This document shows, piece by piece, positions 52,501 through 64,000 of a DNA stretch of 64,000 nt. Every line of letters starts with the position of its first letter. Positions within the stretch are counted from its first letter, which is position 1. The DNA lies in the NCBI GenBank assembly GCA_044892505.1, contig CM097883.1, positions 278,194,001-278,258,000 of the forward strand, read 5' to 3'. The notes beneath the pieces are model-generated. The model was not told where the DNA came from, did not search any database, and was given only the letters and a program-made list of their open reading frames with translations. The position numbers and the translations under genes were made by a program. This DNA comes from Schmidtea nova. Its lineage: Eukaryota.

Positions 52501-54238
52501 TTGGTTTAAAATAATTGAAAATTTGACTATTTTTTAAATACCACAAATATTTTTTGCTCAAATATGAAATCTAAAAAAATAAGGGAAAATACTACCTAAA
52601 GATGTAAACAACTGCAGAATTTTGTAAAATATAATTTTACTTAGTTTCATAATGTTTGTATAAAAAATTATAAAAGCTTCAAAAACTAATTTGATAATTT
52701 TTAAAACATTATATAAATGAGATAAAACTCATTTTAATAGTATTTTATAAATCAATAATTTGAAATATTTAAAAATGTTTTTATTGGTTAGATTTCCAAT
52801 ATAATTTTATCATTACATTAGTTGGTTTATTAACTTGCATTGGTAGGATTTAACATTACTCTGACTCCTCGTGTTCTTTTAACCGAAAATTCACAACCTA
52901 GCAAATAGGAGCTCTTATTCTTTTATAACAAAATCACACAACAAATAAATAACGAAATGTTCAAGATTGTAAATAAATTTACGGAAGGCAAACTTTTCGA
53001 TTAACATTGGAAACAGTTGATGCCTAGGGAAAATGACAGCAATTTTCTTCAATTTATTTCAACTTGAATCATTTTTTTCAACTTTGACTGTGTTTTAATA
53101 AGATTTCTTGTTCCTCTATAATCGTTGAGTCCGTATTTTACTGGTCGGTATAAAATCCAACGAGTGATTAAATCCAAACAAATTGATGCAATTTACAAAA
53201 TAATCGGATTAGATAGATGCTTTTGCCAGATGATAATGCCAGGCATTATTATTCATTTGTAAATCTAAATTTGACAATACCCTTTCTCAAAAGTGGTTTC
53301 TAAGCACTTCAAGCTGTTAAGAAAATTTAATTTTCATTATCCATCCATACTGAGCCATAATTTGACAAGCCGGTAGTGATCCTGCCAAATTGAGTGATTT
53401 TGTTTTCCAACAAATTTTAAATTTAATTAACTTATTAATTTTAATTATTTTAGTTCCGTTACCTAGAGTTTTCTAACAATTTAAATTTTTTATTATTTTC
53501 GTCTTTAACTACCCGCTCATACTTTCCCCCCGTAAAATTAATGGTAAATCTGAGAATCTTTAGGTCTGTGTTTAAAAAATGAAAAATTAAATTCAACATA
53601 ATTAATGGATTTCATGATTGGAATTGTACAATTTGTTTCGGTTGAAATTCGAGAGAAATTGGCTAGTTTTGTAATCAAATATTTTTGTTATCTATAAAAT
53701 GCAAATCAGATTTTATAGAACAATTTGTCGCAGTATCTCTTTTAAATATTTCGCATTTTTTTGTTTGAATTCTATATGCAAATAAATTCTAAATTTTTCT
53801 GAAAAGATTAATTCAAATTATTTTAACATAAATTATACTACTGAACCTATTGTACTGGAGTGGATGTTATTATGTGCACTGTGCTCATCTAAGGGGTTAT
53901 ATGGACAAAGCTAATTAGGATAATGGCAATCTTAAAATTTCCTTTTCCTTCATTTTTTTCAGACTATTGATCCAAATCAGTAAGATCTTTAATCTTTTTT
54001 ATCATTGATCTTTTTTCATTTTCAATATTTTATGTATTTATTTTTTACAGGTTAATATTTTAGATTTACATTTATTGTGACTGAACGATAAATAACCACA
54101 AAATTTTATTACATATAAAATAGATTAGTGGTGGGTGTTGCATTTTATTATCTTGTTTGTACTCAATCTTCTCTTGAATTTTTCTTTAATATTCAAACAA
54201 CTGTCTTTTATTTAAATTATAATTTTTTATATATAGTG

Positions 54239-54295
<57 letters not shown>

Positions 54296-57200
54296 GTATA
54301 TACAGTATATTATAAATATGCACAAAGCAGAGGCACTACAACATTCTATTCGTATTCCGACAATCCGCCAACACGACAATCCAGCAAGTACGACAATTCA
54401 CCAAACGACAATCCGCCAAATGACAATCCGCCAACAGACAATCTGCCAACATGACAATCCGCCAACGCTGACATTTATAAAAAAAAATATTTGTAGTACC
54501 GTAAGATTTGAAAACAGTTAACTACGCTAGAAAACTCAAGGGTTAGGGTTAGGGGTTAGGGGGGTTGCAATTAAATTGAAAATTAATATTTACCTCTCAG
54601 CCAGTTAAATTGTTTAAATATTTAATTAAAATTTTATATTAAAGAATTACTAGTTGATTCTTATCTTTCAGCGGAGAATTTATTATTAAAATTCTAAAAA
54701 TATAATAAATTTAAAATGTATGTATGTTAAAACAAAAATTTATCGACTTTTTGGCAGATTGTCGCTTTGTACTATTTGGCGGATTGTCATTTGGCGAATT
54801 GTCGTTTGGCGGATTGTCGCCAGCCTATTAATGATTTGGCGGATTGTCGTTTGGCGGATTATCGTACAACCCATTCTATTAGATGTTGTTAAAACATCTT
54901 CATTTAATTCATAATCAAAATCATATCCAAAATATTATTTTAATTCAAGATTGCTTTTGCCTTTGAGGATATTTAATCAAACAAAAAACGAGCATTTTTA
55001 TTTAAAATACTTTATTTTAAATTTATTTTAAAAAAATTATTTTAATGAAATATATTTATATAACATTTTAATTTAATTTTTTATTTTCAAAATAAAACTT
55101 TTGAAAATAATAAAACTAAATTTAACTATTTTAATGTAAAAATACTTTTATAAAACTTACTTTAAAATTATTGTTAGAAAATCTATTTGTATAAAGATTT
55201 TAATCCTATTATTATTTTATAATAAAACATTCAAAAATTAATTTAACACTCTTAAAATACTTATTTAAAATACGTAATTAAAAATATTATTTTAATATCT
55301 ATAAAATCTTTTACTCTAATTTGATTATTTAATTTTAATGTTCGTTAACAATCGTGTCAAAATTTTCTCACACATTCAACACAAAGTTTTATCAACGAAC
55401 ACCATCTTTGGTATCATGAGCTTTTACAATGATTAAAAATTGTTACTAGTGACTATATTACATTTTGCTTCGGTTACTTTAAAAACCTTTGATTTCCGAC
55501 GCTATAAGGATTCGCATTATGAGTCTTGCAACGCGCGCCTTCAATATTATTTTAAAGAAACTTTGAAATTTTTATTATCCATCAACGTAAATCTTTGAAG
55601 GTTCAATTTTCATCGTTTATACTCAAATGTGGGGTTCTTAATTGGTATTTTCAAACTCGGTTAATGTTGAAATGCCTAACAAAATGATGAATGATTTACA
55701 ATTAAATGTTGATATTCTGAATTACCCAGACAGCATTATGTCCGTTGCAAATCAGAGACATATTTCTTTCCTGGAATAATATATCTTTCAATAATTGGCA
55801 GCATGGTTTTTTTGCCTCTTTTCTTAAAGAGAATTTTGAAACTTTCTTTAGTGGGTTAGACTTTATCAAAAACCCCTTTTCTTCTTCTCCAACTTCCAAC
55901 ATTTTACTCTTACAAAAGAAGTTACATCAATATGTACCAGTCTGTCAACACTTCCAAAGAACTTTGTTGGAAATTGTTTTTAAGGAGAAAGTGTGTCTTA
56001 AATAAATTTTCCAATTAGTAATGACCTCACTCCAACTTTTCATCTCCTATTTGTTTCTAATGGAACATTTTAAGTAAGCCCGATAATAAAGGAATTTGAA
56101 AATGATTTTCAAGACCGATATTTTTAAAAAAGGTTTCATGTCGTATCACAATTTATTTAGACAACGAAGTTTACAATGAAATCAAACGCCATCAGAATTT
56201 TTTTAATACTTTAATAAATTTATTAGATCACGGAAAATGGGATAAATCTTGTCAGGCCGGAAAAATTATATTTCGTCCAAGAAGACAATTGTTTTTTAAA
56301 ATTTTCTATATATATAGGTTCAACTTCAATATCCTCGCAATTCTTTTTTATTGCGGGCAGAAACAAGTTTTAAACCAGTCCATAAATAAATTTTGTGCCA
56401 CCCAAGCCTTACGGTTACATCGTCAAAAAAGTGGTAAATTACTTTTAGAGTTATCTGTAAGGGCTAGAGGAATATTTGATTGGTATATCAACAAAGGTTT
56501 CAATTTTAATTTTCCGGATGCATTTCTACCTAGAAGAATAGTTAGACGGTCCTTGGATACTTTAAAACCAGAAGCGGTCTTTACCTCAATGGAAATAAAT
56601 CATTTTTAATAAAGTTCAGTCTCATCCACATTAAAATTTATATTTGGTGGATAATTTCCCTTTTCTACAATTTCACTGAACTCCATCGGATATTTTTCTG
56701 CTGATTCTAACTCTGCAATAGCCGAATCACCGACCATTTTAAGGTTATGCAAATTTGATCGTTTTCTAAACTAATCAAACTAACCTTTGCTTGCTTTAAA
56801 TACTTCTTCTCCACCATGTTGAGATTTTAAATGATCCCAAAGACTAAGTAATTTATTCATTATGATTTGAGTACTAATAGGCATGTGGTTTTCATTCAGA
56901 TCCTCTATCCATTTTCTTAATAAATTCTCCCTTTCCATAATCAAAACACTTCTAGTTCGTGAAACCTTTGTCGCTGTAATTGGAGTAACACTCTCATCAG
57001 CCTTTTTAATTTTTATCTTTTTGATCGCACTGTACACTCAGCCAATTTCAAATCACTTCCTACAGCTATAAATCTAATTACTAAAAATATGTAATCAATA
57101 ATGAAAAATTCTCAAAATAACATTGTTTAAATATATGGTTTCTCATTTGATAATATGACCTTTGCATTAGATAGTTTTAATCTTTTATTTATTAGTGTTT

Positions 57201-60200
57201 CTTTGTAATTGTGATAATTTATTTACAATTAATCTTTAAATGAATTTTAATAAAAACATTTACTTTATTTTTTGCTGTTAGATCGCTTATATTTTTATTT
57301 TGTATCAATATTTATCTAAAGATTAATTATTATTATCAATAATTCTCATAATGACTATAGATCAAATTTTTTTTTATAAACAATAACACAATATTTCGGC
57401 ACAGCCTTTATCAAGTGTGTATCTTGTGTACACTTGATAAAGGCTGTGCCGAAATATTGTGTTATTGTTTATAAAAAAAAATTTGATCTATAGTCATTAT
57501 GAGAATTATTGATAATAATAATAAAAAAAGATCAAAGGTGAAAAAAAGATAATTATGATAAAGATTAATTATAAATAAATTATCGCAATTACCAAAATCC
57601 ACTAATAAATGAAAAATTAACACAACTTAATGAAATATTAATATTATTTAATGCAAAAGTCATATAAATTAAATGAGAAACCCTATATCATCATATGGGC
57701 AGATTTTGAGATTACAAAGATCGATAATTAAATAAAAATTTAATCAACATGTAATTTTTCCAATCAGGATTTTTGATTTTATAATTAATTTTTAAACTCA
57801 CTTGAAGATTTTGGCGGAACAAAACCAAATGGTGAAATATTTAGAAGTGGTTGGTACATAATAGCTTGATTGTCACTTTCAGATTTGACATAATAAAACA
57901 CCTATAATATTAAATTGAGAAATTAATAATTCTGATAAATTCACCCCTTGAGATCCAGCTTTCCATTGCGCGTTGATAACATCAAGTTGACTCGGAATAG
58001 GATAGAAATTACTTAGCCCAGCTTTAGCAATAGATGTTGTATCAATTTTACCTTTGTGAATCACATATGTTTCTTTTGAAACTAAAAACCACTTATTCAT
58101 TAACTTATTTATATATTTCCATTTTCTACAGATAATAGATCTATTTTTTATTTATAGTTCAAAAATGAATTTGAAAAATTAAAAATGGAGATGATATAAA
58201 TTTTAGTGAAAATTATTTATGTTTAACTACTAACATTTGCAATGGATCACATACAAGCACATTTATAATAAAGTATTATATATGACATATATGATATAGT
58301 TATATATATATATATATATCTGTGTGTTACAGTTAATGCATAAATTGCAGTGAGTGTATACACTAACTAGTTGATGTATGATTTCACTTGTTGTTTTAGT
58401 AAAAGTATACATTATTTCAAATGATACATACTATATCTAGTCAATGCATTCATTAACTAATAAGTGTATACACCCACTGATTCGCATTAGTGATAGTATT
58501 AGTTGAATGATTCTAACCTCAAAATTATAAAGACTTGTGCTAGTTTTGTCTACTGCAAATAGAAATCGTGCGAAATTTACGAAAAAGATGAAAAAACACT
58601 AATTTATTAATGATAATTTATCTAATTTATCTCGGATAAAAATATCACGAAAATCGTTTTTTACGAAAATCAAATATTATTTTAGAAAACTATGAAACAA
58701 CTTGGCTATAACCCGGTATTTTCGTTTAAATTAAAATAAAAACAAATTTCAACAAATTAATTTTTATTGCACATTGAATATTTATTTGGTTTTACAAATT
58801 TAAAATACTTTAACTAATCTTCAGTAGAAGGTATATACACTAACAAGTGGAAGTATTCATAAATTTATTTGTGTATACTTTCTCTGATTAGTTTAGTTTA
58901 AGTATACTTAAGCTAGTGGGCGTATACATTTACTAAGTTGATGCTTTAACTGTAACACACACACACACATATAATTATTTCCTGGTAGCAGCATTAATTA
59001 AATATGCTGAATTTTAAATTAATTTAGTGTCATAAATACAAAAGTTTGACTTGTGTGTTCTTTAAATAAAAGATGTTACACTTAAAAATTAAATAATTTA
59101 TTAGTCAAATATCACAAATATCCAATAACGTAACTAGTTTTGAAAACCAAGTAAATATTTTATTATTTCATAAATTCTCGTTAAAATCTCTGTCAAATCC
59201 TTCAAAAGGCGATTTCTACGTTTGAATATAAACCTTCGAGTCAATCGTTGTTTTGATCTTTTCATTTTAGGTCTCTGTCAGGAAAACGTTAGATCTCAAG
59301 CTTTATTTCCACCTAGGTCATTTAAAATCATATAACTTTAAAATCAATATTTTGTTTTACTCTTTCACGATTATTGATGGATTAATATAAATTTAATTAA
59401 TTAATTAGTCTGCTCTTTTACATCTATACTTCCTAGAGTCCCCCTTTTAGATTTATTAATATTTTATAAGTATTTATATTTTTGTTTTTAGTTTTCCGCC
59501 TAATGCATGTTGATTTCCAGGCCTCTAACTCAATTAATTAATTTTTGATAAATTACTGACACCGTTTATGTTATCCTTTAATTTCTGATCACTTTACATT
59601 GTTTTATTTGGCCCAATATTTTAAGCAGTCTCAACAAATATAATATATTTAATAAAAATTGTTATTATCATATCTGAATTTTATATGATTATTATTATAT
59701 TTAATACGAATTTACAGCGAATTTACGTAGAAATAATTCAGGACAAAATTTATTAGAAAGATTTGTTCAGACTAAATGTCTCGATGAAAATACTCATTTT
59801 TATGAATGGAAATATTAAAACATCTTCCAAAGATTGTTTTATTTTCATTTTTTTACAAAGACTAGACCAATATGTATTTTTAAAGCTATTTTGAAAAACA
59901 ATATATTGACCTAGTCTATAAAAAAATGAAAATTTCTAAATAGAAACGAAAAGATCAATGGTAAAAATATGAGATGTTATGATATTTGTCTTATTGTTAC
60001 ATAGTAAGAATTAGATGTAATTACCGTAGCAGTCAACAGTGCCCTTTGACGTTCATTTTTATAAAATGGATCATCTAAATTACTATTTATTACGTCAAGA
60101 AAATCAAGAAAAATTTCTTAAAAATTATCATTGTTTATTGAATTATTTATTCATAATATAAGTGAAGATCTTTGTAAAAATAATAAGAACCTGTATTTTG

Positions 60201-61553
60201 GTTTCATTAACTTTACTAATCTACACCGGAAAATAAGAAAAAAATTATAAATGGATAATATAAATATTAAATAATATAAAGATAAATTATATTACTTATA
60301 GTAAATTGTATTAAATGTGTAAATAAATGAATTTTAAAAAAAAAATATGAAATTTTAAATTTTAAATATATATTAAAAATAATTTTTACTAATTTTATAT
60401 AAATAATAATAATTTTTATATTTTGAAAAAAATTTCCAATTACCAAATTGAAAGGTTTTGTATTGAATTTGATTGAATTAATATTACAAATTTATAATTT
60501 ATAATTTTGATAAAATCGAAGAAAATAATTACTTTCTAGAAATATATTAATTGAATTTGTAATGAAATTTAGAAAATTAATTTCTTTATTAATTATATTA
60601 TTAATTTGATCAAATTATTGAAATTTTTTTGATAAAATTAAGAAGGCAAAATTTTAAATTTTAACAGCTTCCGCTATGCCTCGGTGGGTTCTATATAAAT
60701 TATGAGAAATGAATAAATATATTTTATCAAAAAAGTGAATAAAAATGCTCCAAATAAAGAAATTTAAATTATTCGCTGGGAGTACTATAACGTTTGGTAA
60801 GTGAGAATAGTGTGATTGTGCGAAACCTAACATTAGCAAATCAAAAGCGTACCAGAAAGGGCAATCTACCCTTGGTAGAGCTACCCCTACCGCTGGAATA
60901 AAGACTAATGCTGAGTGTTTTGAATAAATTAGAAATTGTATTGAATTATCGTTAACCCTAACCGATATGGCGGGGCTATCAATTATTAGCGTTTATGGAA
61001 TTTTTCTATATTTTAGTATTGCAAGTGTTTTGTTAGTAGTGTAAAATCAACATTTATCATAAATTTAATCCGTAAATTAAAATTAAATTAACTGCTCAAC
61101 ATGTTATTGTGATTTTTCAATTTCTTTCTCCTTAGCCCAACTACCTATTGTCACTTTACCAGATAGGAAGCAACCTTTATTAAAGTCTTGTAGACATTCA
61201 TTAGACAGTCAAGAAACGGAATAAAAAGAAATCTACACCAAAATTAGTGAAAATAAAAACGGCAGTTGTCACTGAAAACGATAAATACAACTAGATTCAA
61301 TAATTGACAAAATATTTATAAACTGAATTTAAAAAGATTAAAACTTACTATCTTTTTCAGCTTCCTTCTTATTTTGTGGACATCGTTTAGGATTATAAGT
61401 TTGGTTCACCTTAGGAATCGCAATCATATTAATTATTTCAATAATCTGTTGTCGTTCAATCCACATGTTGAGATCATTGAACTGATCCTCGTCCAACGAA
61501 ATGGCGCTGACTGCCATCAAAATCACCAGACAACTTTTATCAAAGAACGCCAT
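47321..61553 (-). CDS. WIF1/Shifted-like secreted WIF-domain protein, ~249 aa; exons 61553-61349, 58081-57945, 57901-57802, 50883-50740, 47484-47321
   Basis: Signal peptide, LNMWIERQQ, ETYVIHKG..PIPSQLDVINAQWKAG, VFYY..IMYQPLLNISPFGFVP, LTLPCSGKVSG..FYKQC are collinear with the WIF domain; all four introns GT-AG with matching phases (750 nt). Confidence 0.8.
47559..49221. mobile_element. Charlie-type non-autonomous hAT carrying a captured gene fragment
   Basis: TIRs CAGTGGTTGTCAAC / GTTGAGAACCACTG; CGGAACAC subterminal repeats at both ends; degenerate TSD CCCTAAAG / CTCTAATG. Confidence 0.8.
48480..49118 (+). pseudogene. S-adenosylmethionine decarboxylase N-terminal half, intronless and truncated
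   Basis: KLLAIW, C.IIS, SYVLRESSLFVS (YVLSESS processing site), TCGTT, SRR.F.YP..Q, GNAY.FG. Confidence 0.88.
50513..50626 (+). mobile_element. Short Helitron-like non-autonomous relic
   Basis: TCTATATATAAAA 5' end; ..GGGCTTTTTAGCTAG|T 3' end. Confidence 0.4.
51202..51985 (+). mobile_element. Non-autonomous hAT (Tip100-like)
   Basis: TIR CAGTGGCGGACTG / CAGTCCGCCACTG; perfect TSD ACTTTCAT; relic TQVSCERSFSKLKMIKSRLRS. Confidence 0.92.
54351..54871. mobile_element. Mutator/Foldback-like MITE with repeat-built TIRs
   Basis: Inverted arrays of GACAATCCGCCAA; 9-bp TSD CATTCTATT; internal TTAGGG-like patch. Confidence 0.75.
55600..55950 (-). pseudogene. Merlin (IS1595/ISXO2-like) transposase relic
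   Basis: KRGKKTMLPIIERYIIPGKKYVSDLQRT*CCL...YQHLIVNHS. Confidence 0.65.
56590..57040 (-). pseudogene. pogo/Tigger transposase relic
   Basis: CENP-B-type HTH E.LL.KWIED..P, FKASKG*F, MVGDSA, FNVDETEL. Confidence 0.85.
57327..57525. repeat. Near-perfect ~95-bp-arm palindrome of the Penelope pLTR-like unit
   Basis: Arms match those at 33215-33430; centre GTGTGTATCTTGTGTACAC. Confidence 0.9.
58330..58952. mobile_element. Tc1/mariner-type MITE
   Basis: Imperfect TIRs CAGTTAATGCAT..GTATACAC / GTATACA..ATGCTTTAACTG, TA flanks. Confidence 0.65.
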
Positions 61554-62959
61554 TGAAATCATATATCTATAATTTTTGATCTAGACAATTTCTCAAAGAT
61601 AAATATTGTAAAAAAAAATATTTTTAAAAAATCTTCTTTTCTCTAAGCATTTTCAGTTCCTTTGGCGATTTGATATTAACCCAGACAAATCTGATGTGAT
61701 TATAAGTGGAATTTGAGACAGAAAATTTTTCCAATTCCGACGCAATCACAGTTAGAATATTAACTAACAATTATGCGAAGTATATTTTTTTTTATAAATG
61801 CTTAATTTTCGATTCAGTTCGTTACTTTCCTAATTTATTTTCTCCTGCTGTAATAGTAATTTACTATTATTAAATTATTTTTTCCCCGACTAGTTTTTTT
61901 GTTATATCTCTTCAATTAATTATTTTGCAAGAATTATTTTCATTCGTTCGATTTAATTTTGGATTTAGATTTCGTAAATTTTGCACAGAAATTTTTCGTT
62001 TTCTGGCTTTTTAAATGCTGTTATCGAGACANNNNNNNNNNNNNNNNNNNNNNNNNNNNNNNNNNNNNNNNNNNNNNNNNNNNNNNNNNNNNNNNNNNNN
62101 NNNNNNNNNNNNNNNNNNNNNNNNNNNNNNNNNNNNNNNNNNNNNNNNNNNNNNNNNNNNNNNNNNNNNNNNNNNNNNNNNNNNNNNNNNNNNNNNNNNN
62201 NNNNNNNNNNNNNNNNNNNNNNNNNNNNNNNNNNNNTAAAATAATAAAATATTGAATAATATCAAAAACTAACATTAAATAATTGAATATAATGAAATTA
62301 ATTAATTTGTGTAGATTTACTAATTAAAATTTGGGATTAAATAACAAATTGTTTGGAGGAAAAAATAGATACCTGAAATAATAATAAAATTGAATTTTAA
62401 AATTTTTTTAAATCCATTTGTAACGTTGTTGGAGTCACTAAACATTGAAATAATTAATATGTAATAAAATGAAAAAAGCGAAAATAGAATTTGGAAAGGT
62501 AATTAAAAATGGAAAAAAATTTAAGATTAAACAGAACTCAAATCGACATGTAAAAATCGTATAGAATGAAATGAAAAATATAAAAATGTTCAAAATTATA
62601 AAATTACAAATTAATTAATTAAAATAAAAATAGACTTTTAGTTAGTTACTCTAACCTAGGGGTCGGCAACCTTTTAGCTGTGGTGTGCCAAGCCACTTTG
62701 GCAATTAATTCAGGGTGCCACCTTATTTCTTTTTACAAACAGATTCAAGCGTAAACCATTCCCGCTATTCTTACTTGTGACAAAGTACATCCGAAAGTTA
62801 CAGGGATATATTTACCACTCGTTGAAAGCCCCACAGCAACACATTAATGATCTACAGTTTTTAATGCCACGTGTCAATACAAAAGATGCTTGTGATATTA
62901 TTTGACGTTGTTTGAAAGATTGATGTTTAATAAAGCAAAAGAATATGGTAGAATGAATA

Positions 62960-63000
62960 GCACCTGATGTTGAGAATGAAGTACTCGAAATATATTGTGC
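62960..63000 (+). ncRNA. Mutated hammerhead ribozyme (same family as 9706-9746)
   Basis: GCAC-CTGATGT-TGAGAATGAAGTACTC-GAAA-TATA-TT-GTGC; ~110 bp of flank shared with the 9650-9765 reverse complement. Confidence 0.65.
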
Positions 63001-63369
63001 AGAATATATATTTGGATTGGCGTTTGTTTTTAATTATTTTAGTACCATGTTNNNNNNNNNNNNNNNNNNNNNNNNNNNNNNNNNNNNNNNNNNNNNNNNN
63101 NNNNNNNNNNNNNNNNNNNNNNNNNNNNNNNNNNNNNNNNNNNNNNNNNNNNNNNNNNNNNNNNNNNNNNNNNNNNNNNNNNNNNNNNNNNNNNNNNNNN
63201 NNNNNNNNNNNNNNNNNNNNNNNNNNNNNNNNNNNNNNNNNNNNNNNNNNNNNNNNNNNNNNNNNNNNNNNNNNNNNNNNNNNNNNNNNNNNNNNNNNNN
63301 NNNNNNNNNNNNNNNNNNNNNNNNNNNNNNNNNNNNNNNNNNNNNNNNNNNNNNAATAATAATTATAAT

Positions 63370-63914
63370 AATTTCTAACATCTCCAAACATAAATGTCTT
63401 TGCCGTTCCACAACCCGATGCTTTTGCTTTTCCAAAAATATAGTATATAAACTTTCTTGTCAAAAATGTGACGCTACTTACATAGGAGAAACACATAGAA
63501 CTTTTCACACCCGACTTAATGAACACACTAAAAACCAAACCAGTAATTATTACGAACACTGGAAAAAAGTACACAAAACAACTCCATCTATAAAAGAAAC
63601 AAAATGCCAGATTCTACAAGAGGGATTCAAAATTTCATTACAATGATTAGCTTCCGAGACTTTTTCATTAAAAAATACAAACCGTCCATCAACATTAAAT
63701 TCGCACAAAAAAAATAATGTTTAAAAAAAATTAAAATAAATTTATTTTCATCCAATAAAATCATTATAAATTATAAAATAAATAATTAAGGTTAGTATTT
63801 ATGACTAAGTTAATATGGCGATTGTAATACACACTTGAAAAGGCTGTGCCGAAATATTGTGTACTTATTTAAAGAAATTTTGATCTATAGCCTTACCATT
63901 ATGGGAATTATTAT

Positions 63915-63920
<6 letters not shown>
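63370..63920 (+). mobile_element. Penelope-like element 3' end: GIY-YIG endonuclease relic plus pLTR with hammerhead
   Basis: NIVYKLSCQKCDATYIGETHRTFHTRLNEH..E.FFIKKYKPSIN; ACAC-TTGAAAA-GGC(TGT)GCC-GAAATATT-GTGT at 63831-63862; runs into (AAT)n. Confidence 0.88.

Positions 63921-64000
<80 letters not shown>

Noticed and set aside
54538-54563. Telomeric TTAGGG repeats
   Set aside because: About three imperfect units inside a MITE; not a telomere
62657-62720. hAT left end TAGGGGTCGGCAACC
   Set aside because: No partner TIR or TSD visible; left unannotated

Overview
AT-rich eukaryotic (metazoan) genomic DNA with assembly gaps, mostly ~40-50 bp GT-AG introns and dense, decayed mobile DNA. Two host genes can be rebuilt by hand. 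One is a 3-exon divergent calmodulin-like gene (+, 37789-38382). The other is a 5-exon WIF1/Shifted-like gene (-, 61553-47321, ~249 aa) that seems to have a basic Cys-rich tail instead of EGF repeats. About 17 kb (~17350-33990) is a degraded Maverick/Polinton (adintovirus-like) element with packaging ATPase, chromo-integrase, minor and major capsid, core protein, adenain protease, DEDD-like ORF and protein-primed PolB. It also carries a TBP-like gene, a secreted Cys-rich ORF and host-style mini-introns. A complete Gypsy element (40866-45208) and a second Gypsy remnant both have primer-binding sites complementary to tRNA 5' ends. Three families of minimal hammerhead ribozymes are present: a U3-A8 variant tied to a Penelope GIY-YIG remnant and fold-back palindromes, and two CUGAUGA-type families, one lying just behind a U1-like 5' end. 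A hAT element has captured an AdoMetDC fragment. Many hAT, Tc1, pogo, Merlin, MULE, Harbinger and Helitron relics fill the rest. All calls come from manual reading; no database searches were run.
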